Origin: Fimicolochytrium jonesii
Lineage: Eukaryota
Length of the DNA stretch: 64,000 nucleotides
Assembly: GCF_025526975.1 (NCBI RefSeq)
Contig: NW_026515681.1
Span: 186,001 to 250,000 of the forward strand
Direction of reading: 5' to 3'
How positions within the stretch are numbered: position 1 is the first letter of the stretch; every line of letters begins with the position of its first letter. Positions 21,668 through 34,000 of the stretch are shown in pieces. The notes under the pieces are model-generated. The model had not been told where the DNA came from. It worked only from the letters and a program-made list of their open reading frames with translations, and did not search any database. The position numbers were made by a program, and so were the translations under genes.

Positions 21668-22848
21668 TTCTGATATATGTAGGGACGTTATGCGTGCGTA
21701 CGCGAATGTGTGTGCAAATCAGAGCGTGTGAAACAGGTCCGTTTCTCCTTAACAGTGGCGGTCAATGGGAATGCCGACTGTTATATGTTACAATCGTAGG
21801 AGCCGATGGCAGCACGGGAAGCCTTTTGGTTTCTGCTGAACGTATTGTACTGTATCTCAGGGTGGTTTCCGAGCCTGAAATGTCGTTCGCGAAAAAGTGC
21901 GAATGCCGAGGAAACGGCAGTCACGGCACAGAGTGCGCCAAGCCGTGTTTGACAGACACGCGCAGCAAGCCGCCTCGCCGTCACTCCGCCACAGCAACCC
22001 GCCGTCATTCCAGTGAAGGAGCATCGACAGTAGAAATCTGCAACAACAGGGGCTGTCATATATGCTGTAAAATGGGCATTGTCGCTGAATGGGTGAATCA
22101 AATTCAGATGTCTGATGGAGTACGATTGTGCAGAAAAAAAAATCTTGAAGGGAATCAATGAGCTTCCAGTGGCAACAATGGCGGGGGTTTTCCTGATTAC
22201 TGGGCATAGTTGGCCTTCCAAGTTCCAGGGGTTCCAACGGAGGTGATGGCTCTTCTTGGTTGCAAGTCGCCGGAAGACAAGGCCAGAGTTCTCATGTGCA
22301 GTTCATTATGTTGGATAGTTCTGTGCGTGCATTGTTGAATTCGATTCAGGTCGTCGATGGAACATGGATTGTGCAGGAAAAAAAAACGGACAGGCATCAA
22401 TGACCATTGAGCAGCAATAATGGGCGTTCCCACGCTTCCAAGGGAATTTCCCTCCTATATATTACAAGTCGCCTGCAAAGAACACCCAGACGTTCAGACA
22501 TGTTTTATACATCCATTCACCTACTAATACTATATACATTCACCATTCAACATCCAACTAATACATGTACAGAGGGGGTTCAGTCATAGACTTAAAAGAC
22601 CCGCGCACGCCCATGTCCGCCTCCCAAGCTTATTTATAAGGAAAAAAAATACAAGAAAGGTCCCCGCCCACATATAACAAATCCACAGATGTCCGCCCCT
22701 TTTCCGCTCCTCGATCCAAACAACCCATGCATACGCCGCCGACGCCACCTATTAGCATCTCCAGTCCTCAGATTGGTCCTTGTAAGAAGGGTCTGTCTTT
22801 AGTCCCGTAGGTAGACGTGCAGCGTAGCACAGGGTTGACATCAACTCA

Positions 22849-25800
22849 TCATCTGCTCGATGGGCCAGCTTTCGCGCCTTCCGGTGATTGAGCCGTGTCC
22901 TGCTTCAGTGCGGCGGTCGCCATAGTAGGCACAGCGGGTACATGGCGATTCTTCGCTGTTGATGGTTGTTGTTGCAAACTGACCGGTTTCACGGCAGGCA
23001 CCGGGGTCACAACACCCGTACCCGTTGCCGCTTGCTGTCTCTGTGCCGCATTCATCGCGTCCATGGCCACGTTGACAGCCGCAGAGACTTTATCATTCGT
23101 GCTTGTTGTAGCGGGAGCCCCCGTCCTCGTCTGCTGCTGTGATGAAAACACGGGAGCGATTGCAAGTGCCGCCTGCTGTTTCTGTACCGCATCGGCCACG
23201 TTGGCCACATCAGTCGTTGCCGCAGGGAAGCTGTCTTTCGGGCCTGTTGTAGCGGGAAGCGCCATCGTCGTCTGCTGCTGTGACGGAAATATGGGAGCGA
23301 CTGCGACTGCCGGACCAGAAGGCACAACAGGCACAAGCGTAGCCGCAGTCGAGGTTGGCGCAGGACCAGGAGCCGCCGAAGACGCACGTGCACCACCCTT
23401 CCCCGCCAACGCCGCAACCATCGACGCCACGCTCTTCTCAATCTCGCCGATCGGGAACTGCTTCGTTGGCGGAGTGACATCAACAGCCGGAGCCGACGTC
23501 ATGCCGAGACATCCACCAACATTCGCTGCAACACTCGTCGCAACACCACCACTGTTTCCCTTCCCCACAACACTTCCCCCAACAACATGCACATCCTTCA
23601 CCACACTCATCGGATCCGGCGGCGACGACAAGGGGATCTTCGGCAGGGGTGGGGGTGGGAGGACCGACTCCGGTGGCGGTTTCGGTCTGATCTCCTTATA
23701 CTTGGTGATGGGCGTGATCGTGTTCATGGGTTGAGTAGACGGAGGCACAGACCCTCCCCGTGCAACAAGCTTAATCCCGCCCTGGTTGAATAGGGGTTTC
23801 GGGGTCGTTGCTACGTCTTGGATGGGTGTGCTGGATTTAACTGGTTTTGCCTCCGGGGCCGGAGCAACGGTGGGTGCTGGTGTCGGTGTTGAGACGGTAC
23901 TTGCCGGTGCCGTTGACGGTTGCGAAATGGCCGTACGTGTGGTCACACCCGCAGCCTTCAACTTCGCCAGCAGCTCCAGTGCCGTGGGCAGGGACAGTTG
24001 CGGTGTTGCGGTACAGGCTAGAGCTTCGCCTGGTTTCGCGGGCTGCATCGTTACACTCGCCGCTTTCAGTTTCGCGAGGAGCTCAAGGGGTGTTGGGTGG
24101 GACTGCTGTGGGATGGTCGGGCGGAGGAAGACGTCGGTTTCCTTTGTGCCTTGCATTGGTACAATCTGCTGTCTTTGCAGTGGTGTTTGCGTACTCGGTG
24201 CCGCCGCGGGAGCAACTGTGGGTGTCAGCTGATGCTGTGGAACACCCGGGCGAGCAAACACATCACTCTGCTTGACACCCTGCATCGGCACACTTGCACT
24301 CGCCTCCCGTTGTGCGGCCGCCCTCGCACCCGCCTCAGCGACATCAACGGCCGCAACCATATGCATAAGTGGATGCGGAGGCCGCTGCTGGACCACGGAC
24401 GCACGTCGATACGCCCCGCTTCTACCGCGGTACGCTGCAGATTTGCTCTGAGGCGTCCGCATGTCTTGCGGCGGCACGCTCGTGGCCCGCTGCTGCTGCC
24501 CCGGCTGTGTTCTGGATGCCGCAGCGGCTACGGCTTGGGCGAGCGGGTGCGGGATGCGTTGCTCCGCACGTCGTGAGGAAGGAGGGGTTGTGTCGCGCTC
24601 TACGGAGTTCCTGCTGCGGTCATGAGACCCGATCCAGCCATACTCGGTCTTCACGTCCTGCATCTGCTGCGATTGTTGCTGTTGCGGTGTTTGCTGTTGT
24701 TGTTGCTGCGGGCTTTGTTGCTGTTGTTGCGGTGTCTGCGAAAACGGCGGAACCTGCATCCCCGACTCCTCACCCCCGAGCACACTCGCCAATGCGCGCA
24801 TCCTCTTCTCCAACACAGCCGTTCGCGCCCGTGCATCATTAACCGCAATCGCGGCATTCCGCTTGACAATCTCCAGCACAAACCGGCACTGCTCCTGCTC
24901 CTGCTGAGCGGAGGTAGCGGCGGCTTTCGCTTCGGCGAGCTGCCCGATGAGGGTATCGCGCGCGGCGGTCGCAGCGCGGGCCTCGTCGCGCATGACTTGG
25001 ATCACGAGCTCGAGTTGCCGGTGCCGCTTGTTTTCGCGGGTGTGGATGGTTTGCAAGGTTTGGGCGGTTTCGCGTTCCCAGATCTGGGTGAGAGCAAGGA
25101 GTTGCCAGGGCGCTGGGGTGGTCGGTTTTGTTGTTGTCGTGGGTGTTGTGAGGGGCGCAGGCGCTGGTGTAGGGCTTCCCGGCCCGTCCTTCTCAACAAC
25201 GACAGTGTGTCCAGTTGCCTCGCCGGCCAAGTCAGCAGCTTTTTCCACTGAGGCCGCAGCGGAATCGGTGATACCCAAAGCCGCCTTAACCTCCTCAAAC
25301 CGCTTCATCTCCATCGCCTCGATCCTGCAGCTCAACTCCAAACACAACGCCTTCTGCGCCTGCAACTGGTGATAAAACTTGTTCCCGCGTACAATCTCCG
25401 CATACCGCTGTTCCTCCGCGTCCGCCCGTTCGTCGATCGTCTTCAAGAGCGCCTGGATCCGCTCCTTGCATTCGTCAGCGCGCGCTTCGGCAGCTTTGGT
25501 CTCCTTGTGCAATGTTTCTATTTTCTCGACCATCTCGTTGAGCTCCGCTTGCATCTCGCTGATGATGGTGGTGGACTCGACGGCTTCGCGGTTGAGTTTG
25601 TCGAGCTCGGCTTGGTGGGCAACTGCTTTCGTTTCCATCTCCTGTTTCAGGGTTTCCACCAACGCCGTCTTCTCCCCGATCGCGGCTTCAAGATCCCCAA
25701 TCCTCTTTTCGTTCTCCGCATTCTTGGTCCCCAAATCATCCTTCTCCTTCGTCAACCCCGCAATGATCTCCTTCGTTTCCACCAACTCCTTCCGACACTT

Positions 25801-28800
25801 CTCCGCCGCCTCAACATCAATCTTACTCATCGCGTCCGTCTGCGCCCGCATCTCCTCCATCGCAGCAGCAGTCGCAACGGCCTCAGCCTCCAACGCCATA
25901 ACCTTATTCTTATTCTCCAACGCATCCTGCCGAATCTGCGCAATCTCAATCTTGTTCTCCTCAATCTCATCCAACAGCTCGCGCTCGCGTTCTTCAAGCA
26001 TCTCCTTGGCGCCCGACAGCTCCGTAATCTGGCCACTAAGCTCCAACCGCTCCGCGTCAAAATCAGCAGCAGGGCGGCCTTTTGTTTCATGCTCACGGTG
26101 CAGATCGTCGATGCGTTCATGGGCTTCAAACAGCTGCGCTTTGACTTTCCACAATAAATCGTTATCCTTCTTCCACCGGGCGTCGGCGGCGCGTGCCCGC
26201 TCTTGATGTTCTTGCTCGGCTCGATCGAAGCGTCGGTGCTGTTTTTCGAGCTCGGTGGTTATTCTGGCTTTTTCTTCGCGGAGGGTCTCGCACAGCTCGC
26301 CGCGGGTGGTGGAGACCGCGGATTCTTCGGAGAGTTGAGCTTCGAGTTGGGAGATACGGGTGGAGAGCTCTTTGATCTTCTGGTGGGATTTGATCAGTTC
26401 GCGGCGTTGCGCTTCGTCCCCGCCGCGACTGTCAGCTGGGAGTTCTTTCCCGAGGTCCGGTGGCTGGTTGCCTATATCGTCAAAGTCCCCGAGGAAACTG
26501 GACGACGTTTCATCCTGGTGCTGCTCGGGAGGTTCGTTGTTACTGTTGTTAAGCGAACCACCCATGTTGTGAGAACTAGATGAATGGAAGCTATCTTCCG
26601 CCCCACCAGCCCCAAACGAGTCATCAAACCCATCAGCGTTGTTCCCAGCCGCCGAATGCGTGGCTGGTTCCGCGGCGGCGGCGGCAGCAGCAGCCGGGAT
26701 GAACTCAGCGTCGGTCCTGCCACTATCGGGTATATTGCACACGCGGAGCGGGCTAATGTAAGGCTTTTCGGCGGCCGGCGGCGGTACCCAACGTGATACC
26801 GGTGCAGTGTCTCGGCTGACAACCGGTGATTCGGAATTCTTATTGTCATCAACAGCAGCGGATCGTTGGCGCTTTGCACTTGAGCTCGATAGAGTGGGGA
26901 CGTTGGGCTGCTTTCGCTTGTTGGATGTGTAGCTTGACGTCGGGTCGTTTACGGCTGTTGTGTTCGTGTCGGATGTTTGTGCCGGGCCACCGACGGCGTC
27001 TATCGGTAGTGCCAGAAGTGCCTGGAAGCTCCCTGCGATATTTGTCACGGATTCACTCGAAGCGCCGCTTCTCGGTTGCGCTTTGTCAGCCTCGGCCGTT
27101 GTTCCACCGGCTACGGTCGACCCCGAACCGGCTGCTTGGCCTGGAGCAGTATGAGCTTGTTGTTGTGCGGCACTACCGGCAGTTTCGCCCTCCACACCAG
27201 GCACAGAAACAGGAAGGTTGATATTGCTCAAAACCATGGGATGAATATGTGAACCCAGTTGCTTGACAGCCTGGACATGTAACGCCAGATCCTCCTTTAT
27301 CTTCTGCATCTGTTCCTGCAAGGCGTCGTTCCGCTGCTCCGCGTCAACCCAGGCATCCCACACCGTCTTTTCTTTCTGCGCAAGAAGGGTACGTGCCGAG
27401 AGTTCTTTGGTTTGATCACGCAATTTGGTAATAAGTGTTTCCAACGCGTTCAAGGCTGAGTCCATCCCGTCGCCAACACCAGAGGAAGGCTGCGCAGATG
27501 CGTCCTTTGCTGTTCGACCGACCTGGGTCTGGGTATTCTGAGCTTTTCCATCCGAGAGAACTAGTCTAGTGACACGATCTTCCCGGATGCCTTTGATCGC
27601 GTCCTCTAATCGTCCGATAGCGACATCGTTCTCATTGCAGAGACTCGATGTTCTAGTATGCGCCTTATTCAAGATCGCGCGAACGGTTTGAAGTCGCTGC
27701 TGTGTTTTCTTATCCGAGTCGATTTTCGCGTCGAGATCCTGCGCTGGAGCTCCGGTCTGAGGGGCCTTTGCTCTCGCCTGCCGTTCTTTAAAGTGTGCCA
27801 TGGCATCCTCGATTCTTTGTATAAGTGACTGGAGGAAGACCAGGCGGACGTACGTGTCTTTCCTAAACGCCGCCTCAAGGACTTCCACAGGTTCAAGTGC
27901 TGCTTTGTGTTGTACCTAACAAATTAAGACGAATAAGCCAGTCTTCTCATGGGTGATGACGGAAACTCAAAGAATGGCGTAACACCCACCCGCATGCTAG
28001 TAGCTAGGCTTGGCAGACCCTTCCCAGCCATTTTACAAAATATCCGCCACCATTCAATATGTTCGATATTCCAAGCCTTGCGCGCCATCTCCAAGGCAAT
28101 CGCCGACGTTCTCATCGCATCGAGTTTGTTCATGGCGCTCGACATTTTGACTTCAACTTGCGCGCCTGTATCCGGGACGGTGACATATGATGGTCGGGAC
28201 TCGCCATTTCCGACGCTATTGCCACTGGCAGCGGCGTCGGGATTCGACGGTTTTAACCGCATGTAGGGCATCATGTGCGAAACGCCAGTCACCTCCAGTG
28301 GCGGCGCCATCAAATCATGAAGCTCGGCTGAAACAGCCATATGTGGAGGCGGCATCGGCTGCCTTGCCATCGCAACATCCCCGTAGGTGACGTACCCTGG
28401 CTCTGCATCCCATCGACCTTGTCGCTTGCTTGGACGTTTAGAAGGACCCTTTCCGCCCCGTCGCTTCTTAGGTGGGTTCTGAGCATTCCACTCGTCGGCA
28501 TACATTGCACCTCCTTGCATTGCTGGCGCGGGCATCCCCACTTGCTGCACTACACCACCTTGGAGGGCATATGCGTCCGCATACATCTGACCGGCATCGT
28601 AAGAGTGTTGTGGCGGCTGCTGATGCATATGACTAGGCGCTGTTGGCATCCCGTACGGTTGGCTGTTCATGGGAGGTGCTGGGGCAGTAGGTGCATAGCC
28701 ATATGCAATATGCTGTTGCTGTTGCGACACCGCGACCAAACAGAGTGAGCACCGGAAAAATGACACGAGCGAAGCAGCTGCGTATGAAGTAAACTTACCA

Positions 28801-29056
28801 TGGGCTGGGGCGCATAATAGCCACCCGGCTGTTCTACCACTTGTCCATACGGCGGCGGTGGAGGGCCTGGAACGACGGCACCGGGCTGCCCTGGAATCAG
28901 CTGCGCGTACGCGTATGGAGCCTGGTGTGCCTGGTGCCCATAGGACATGTGAGGCGCCTGTTGATGCTGTGGTTGCTGGAGTTGTGGTGGGAGTCCCGGC
29001 TGCTGCTGGTGGTGTGGGACGGGCTGGCTGGGGTTCGCAAACCTATGCGCAGACAT
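22849..29056 (-). CDS. Large hypothetical protein (~2000 aa): Q/P-rich N-terminus, long coiled coil, low-complexity repeated C-terminus
   Basis: 1679-codon uninterrupted ORF with an E/K/A-rich heptad region, plus upstream exons (27924..28766 and 28667..29056) with plausible GT-AG boundaries. Confidence 0.8.
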
Positions 29057-29374
29057 CCTTGTACTTTCCCGCCCCTCTCTCGCTGATCTTCCCGCGTCCC
29101 ACCTGAGCGGAGAGAGCGAGGGACCAGCCGAGCCGCTCTGCCTGCACCAACGAAACCCTCAGTTTCTTACGGAGTGCTTTCCTGCGTTCTCCCGTCTGTC
29201 CGTACGCCCCTATTCGTCCGAACCGGCGCCTGTGTCCTGTAGTTCCCAAGTGTGATGCCCAAAGGTGTGAATTCTGCGAAGAGCGCGTTCGGCTTCTCAC
29301 ACTTCCGCCGTCCGCCTTCGTACGGGAACTAGCGGAAGACTCCATTGACACCCAGCAGCAGCTCGGACAACACC

Positions 29375-30770
29375 ATGACTATCGCAGCCGTCGCCACTAG
29401 GAGGGCAGCCGTCGCCGGCCAGGCCGTCACTCGTCTGTCTACGTTCAACCGCCTTCCTCTCGCCGCATGCTCACTTTCCACACGTCTTCCCGCGTCGACG
29501 AGATCACCCGCTGCTTCCTCCGTACGCTGCTCGTCAACGGCAGGAACACCCGTAATACTGTCGGCCCCGGTCACCCAGGCCGGCCCGCTGCCAACCACTC
29601 CCCCGTCCTCGGCCCCACCACCACCGTCAGGACCGCCGAGACAGTCGATAGGCCAGGAGGCACTGGGATGGAACGCTGAGGCTGAGCATGCTGGCCCGAC
29701 GACGCACTTCGGGTTCCGCACTGTGAGGGAGGAGGAGAAGGAGTCTTTGGGTAGGTGGAAGCTGGCCTGCTACTAGATGCGCCGATATTGCATACGGGCA
29801 CTGGGAGACGCTCCGCTTGTATGATGCCTGCGAAACGGAGCGTTCCATTGGGCTTGCGGCTTGGGAGGAGCCTGAAAAGCTAACGTTTTCCCTCTCTCGC
29901 CTTCGTTGTTATACATTTTGATTACTGCCATAAGTGGGCAAAGTATTCGGCTCCGTCGCACCCTCCTACGACCTCATGAACGACGTCATGTCCGCCGGCG
30001 TGCACCGGCTGTGGAAGGACCACTACATGCGAGTGATCTCTCCTGGCCGCGACACCCAGCTTCTGGACGTCGCTGGCGGCACGGGCGACATTGCATTCCG
30101 CTTCCTTGACTACATCAAGGCGACGTACCGCGGCGACATGGGCTCGGCGTCAGTCGCCGTCGTCGATATCAACCCGGAGATGCTGAAGGTTGGACGGGAA
30201 CGGGCGAAGAAGTTGGGGTGGGATGATCGTAAGTGTCGGTCGTAGCGTGGCCAGAACATGATTAGTGCTTTCCGCCGTTCTTCGCTCCTATTATGAAACA
30301 AAGGATATGTCTGCTAACCCGCATCCCGTATCTCTTCACACCCAGCCACCCGCCTAACGTTCACCGAAGGCAATGCCGAGCACCTCTCCCACATCCCCTC
30401 CTCCTCCATCGACGTCTACACCATCGCCTTCGGCATCCGCAACTGCACCCACGTCGACCAAGTCCTCGCCGAAGCCTTCCGCGTCCTCAAACCCGGCGGC
30501 CGCCTCTCCGTCCTCGAGTTCTCCGCAGTCTCCAACCCACTCCTCGCCCCCCTCTACGATCTCTACTCGTTCAACGTCATACCCGCGATGGGCGGCATGG
30601 TCGCGAATGATAGGGAGAGCTATGCGTACCTTGTGGAAAGTATCAGGAGGTTTCCGAAACAGAAGGCGTTTAGGGATATGATTGTGAAGGCGGGGTTCAA
30701 GGTTGAGGGACAGGGGTGGGAGGATCTGACGTTTGGGGTTGCAGCTATACATACGGGATTCAAGATCTAG
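29375..30770 (+). CDS. COQ5: 2-methoxy-6-polyprenyl-1,4-benzoquinol methylase, mitochondrial
   Basis: R/S/A-rich presequence, THFGFRTV, YDLMNDVMSAGVHRLWKD, LDVAGGTGDIAF, IAFGIRNCT and SYAYLVESIRRFP; two introns. Confidence 0.97.
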
Positions 30771-31035
30771 TGGAAGTTCAATTAGCAAAGAAGTCATGTA
30801 GAGACGACCGTACGGAAGATTAGGTAGTTGAGAAGAATATATATGTATTTCTGCATATCCGTGGATGATGCGCTGCCACACTACATACAACATACAAAAA
30901 AAAGTACCCTTCAGGGGTATAAAAACAGGTCAATTACGCCGTCCGCCACATAGCAAACGCTCAAAGAAAAAAACCTCAAGTAGGGCAGCTAAATATACGA
31001 AAACGAAATCAAGACCTGTCTCGGCAAACCAACCA

Positions 31036-34000
31036 CTACGCCTGATTCCTAGCATAAGATTCCAACACCTCATCAATGGTATCACTAATCAGCTGCCTCT
31101 TGCTCTCCAAGTCGCAATCAAAAGTCTGCGACAGCACATCCCTGACGCTCTTCTTCGAAATCACCATCAAGTCCGACGAATCGACAATGCGGCGCACTTC
31201 CGCGACAATCATCTGATCGGTCGGGAAGAAACTCTGTCCCGCCGATTCAGAATTTGAGTGGGGCATGGCGTCCATCTCAAAGTCATTCGTGGCCGCGTTC
31301 GTCGGGATAGAGGCAAACAGATCCCTGCGACGCACAAGTCCGCCGATACTGAGTTCGGACGCGCGGCGCTCGACGGGGTGTGGCATGGGGAACTGCACGT
31401 TGGTGGTTGCGATGCTCAATTCGGAGGCGCGGCGTTGCAGGGGGATTGGGGTGCCTCTCGGTCGTGTGTGGGCTGCGAGGTTGAGCTGGGAGGCGCGGCG
31501 TTCGGCCAGGCGGGGCATCGCGAAGGATGTGGGGGTGTGAGCATTTGTGTTCGAGTTTGCATTCGTGCTGTGCTGGCCGGGGGAGATGGCGCGGTATGCG
31601 GCGGCGGGCTGGCGATCGTAGTAGATTTCGCTGTCGGCGAGATACTCTGTGAGCGTGTCCATTCCGTTCGCCGCCGGTGGGCCAGGCGGCGCGTCCCAAT
31701 CTCTCTGCCCGGCTCCTCCTCCGTGACTGCCGTACTCAACATCTCTCATCCCCGTTGGCGGGTTATTCAAACTCGTTTGGGACCTACTCCGTTCTTCAGC
31801 ATGCGCAGGTGAATATACCTCTCTCGGCGCGTTCGAGTACGGCTGCACAAGCTTCCCCCTCAAAGAAGGCGGTGAAACCGCCCCACTGAAAGCAGAATGA
31901 TGGTCCGATTCCTGGGGCTCGTACTGCTCCACCAACGTTTGCTGCGAGTCCTTGCGATCAAAGTATGGCGGGCGGACGACGGCCTGACGGTGGTCCGTTC
32001 TCCCTGCAGAACCGTTCGGATGCGCGTCCTGCCCGCCAGCAAGCGTGTCGCTGCTGTTATACCTCCCCAGGCTGACTCCGTGGCCTTGTGAAGGTAAGCT
32101 CACATCCGACCCATTTCCTCTCATATTCATATTCATATTCATGTTCCTCCGCTCGCGCGCAAGATGGTTCAACTCGCCACGGGACAGATCCGGCGGGGAC
32201 GTGGGCGACATGTACTGCTGATTCGCACCGTGGGCATTCTCCGCCGCAAGGGTGTGAGACGACCGCGCACCGTGCAGATCCCTTCCATGTCGCTTCGCTT
32301 TCTCGATCGAGGCCTCCAGCTCCATCTGCTCCCTATACTGGTTCAGATCCTCCGCGGACGTCGAGGCGGCCGAGTGAGCGCGCGGGTGGGTCTCCAATGT
32401 CGGCCAGTAGGGGACGTTGGACGCGCTGTGGTTGCCGCCCGAGGTGGAGAATCGGTTCGTGTACTCGAACGCGATGGGACTGGCGCTGCTGGGGCGGAAG
32501 GGCGCGGCCAGGGGGGAGGCGGGTCGGCCGCGGGATTGGTACTCGGAAAGCTTCGAACTGGCTGTGCGGGTGATGCCGGGGACGACGACAGCGCGTGTGC
32601 CGACACCGACGATGGTATAGCCCTTCCCACGGCTCGCCGAAATTCGCTTGCTCATGCCCTCCTTGGTGTCGCTGCCGAACCCCTTCCCGAACCCCACCTC
32701 CATCTGCCTCTGTTTCAAATGCTCTGCCCACTTCCTCTTCGGCACCGTCGTCGGGTCAAACTTGCGCGACTCAACCGCCATCGTCGTCTTCTTCCCGTTC
32801 TCACCATAAACGACCCTCGTGTTCCCCCACGAGAAATCATCAAAGTGCCAGAACGCATACACGGGCAACAAGAACGAAAACAGCGGGATGCCGAGGATAT
32901 ACAGCAACATCCATATAATCTGCTTGAACTCGCGTTTAAGGATGAATACCAGGACTTGCAGGCCGTAAATGGCGGCAATCATCGCGATCGAGATGATGGG
33001 GATCGGGTTGACTTGCGACACGATGGTGTAGATCAGATACCCTAGGTAGAACAGCACGGCTGGCTGGAGGACGGTCGAGAGGAGGTCGAGGAAGATGACG
33101 AATTTCATGGAGCAGCAGAGGAACCCGCATTGCCGAATGTTGATGAGCTCGAAGAGGTTGTGGACGGTGGAGTTGATCCAGCGGCGACGTTGGGAGGCTA
33201 GAACGCGCCATTTGTCGGGGGCGCTGGTCTTGCATTTGGCGTGCGCGGTGAAGGTGCATTTCATGTGGGAGAAGTATTTGAGAACCAGGGTGGTCAGGAA
33301 TCGATCCTCGCCTGCCAAAACGTCACGACATCAGTACTACCACCCGGAACTTAGCAGTCACACATTAGCCCACATACCAAGATGAAACAGATTCTTCAAG
33401 TGCAGCGTATCAACATCATTTTGCGAAAACTCATCCACAATCTCCGGCGCGATCAAGATCGGGGTGTTTTTCTGCGACTTGATTCGGTACATGCAGAAAC
33501 ATCCGGGGAGACAGGTAACCGCGCCAAAGATGGCTTCGAAGGCTTTGGTGAGATGGTGGGAGATGAAATACTCGTAGACCTGATAACAGATAATACAGTC
33601 AGGCACCAACGACTCGGGCGCAAAGAGGAAAGACCAGAAATGACCACCAACCTGAATCCTCGTAATCCAGCTGTCGGACGTATTGGCCAACACCGTCTCC
33701 CCACAAATCCCCACAATCGACTGGTCATTCGCCATACAATTCACAAACTGCGCCAACGAGTCCGGCATACACTCCGTATCCGCATCCAGCATAAACAGCA
33801 GATCGTACTGCGACGGGTGGAACCCAATCACCTCCGTCATCGTGCGGTACAGCTCCAATTCCAGGGGTTCCAGCTCCGCGTTGAAGTGCACGCGGGAGAG
33901 GAATTTTAGAAGAAGCAATTGCGAGTCCCGTTTGCCGCGATTACCCGGTCGCGCGACCTCGGTTTCTTTGCCAATCTTGGCGACGACGATGTAGGGGACG

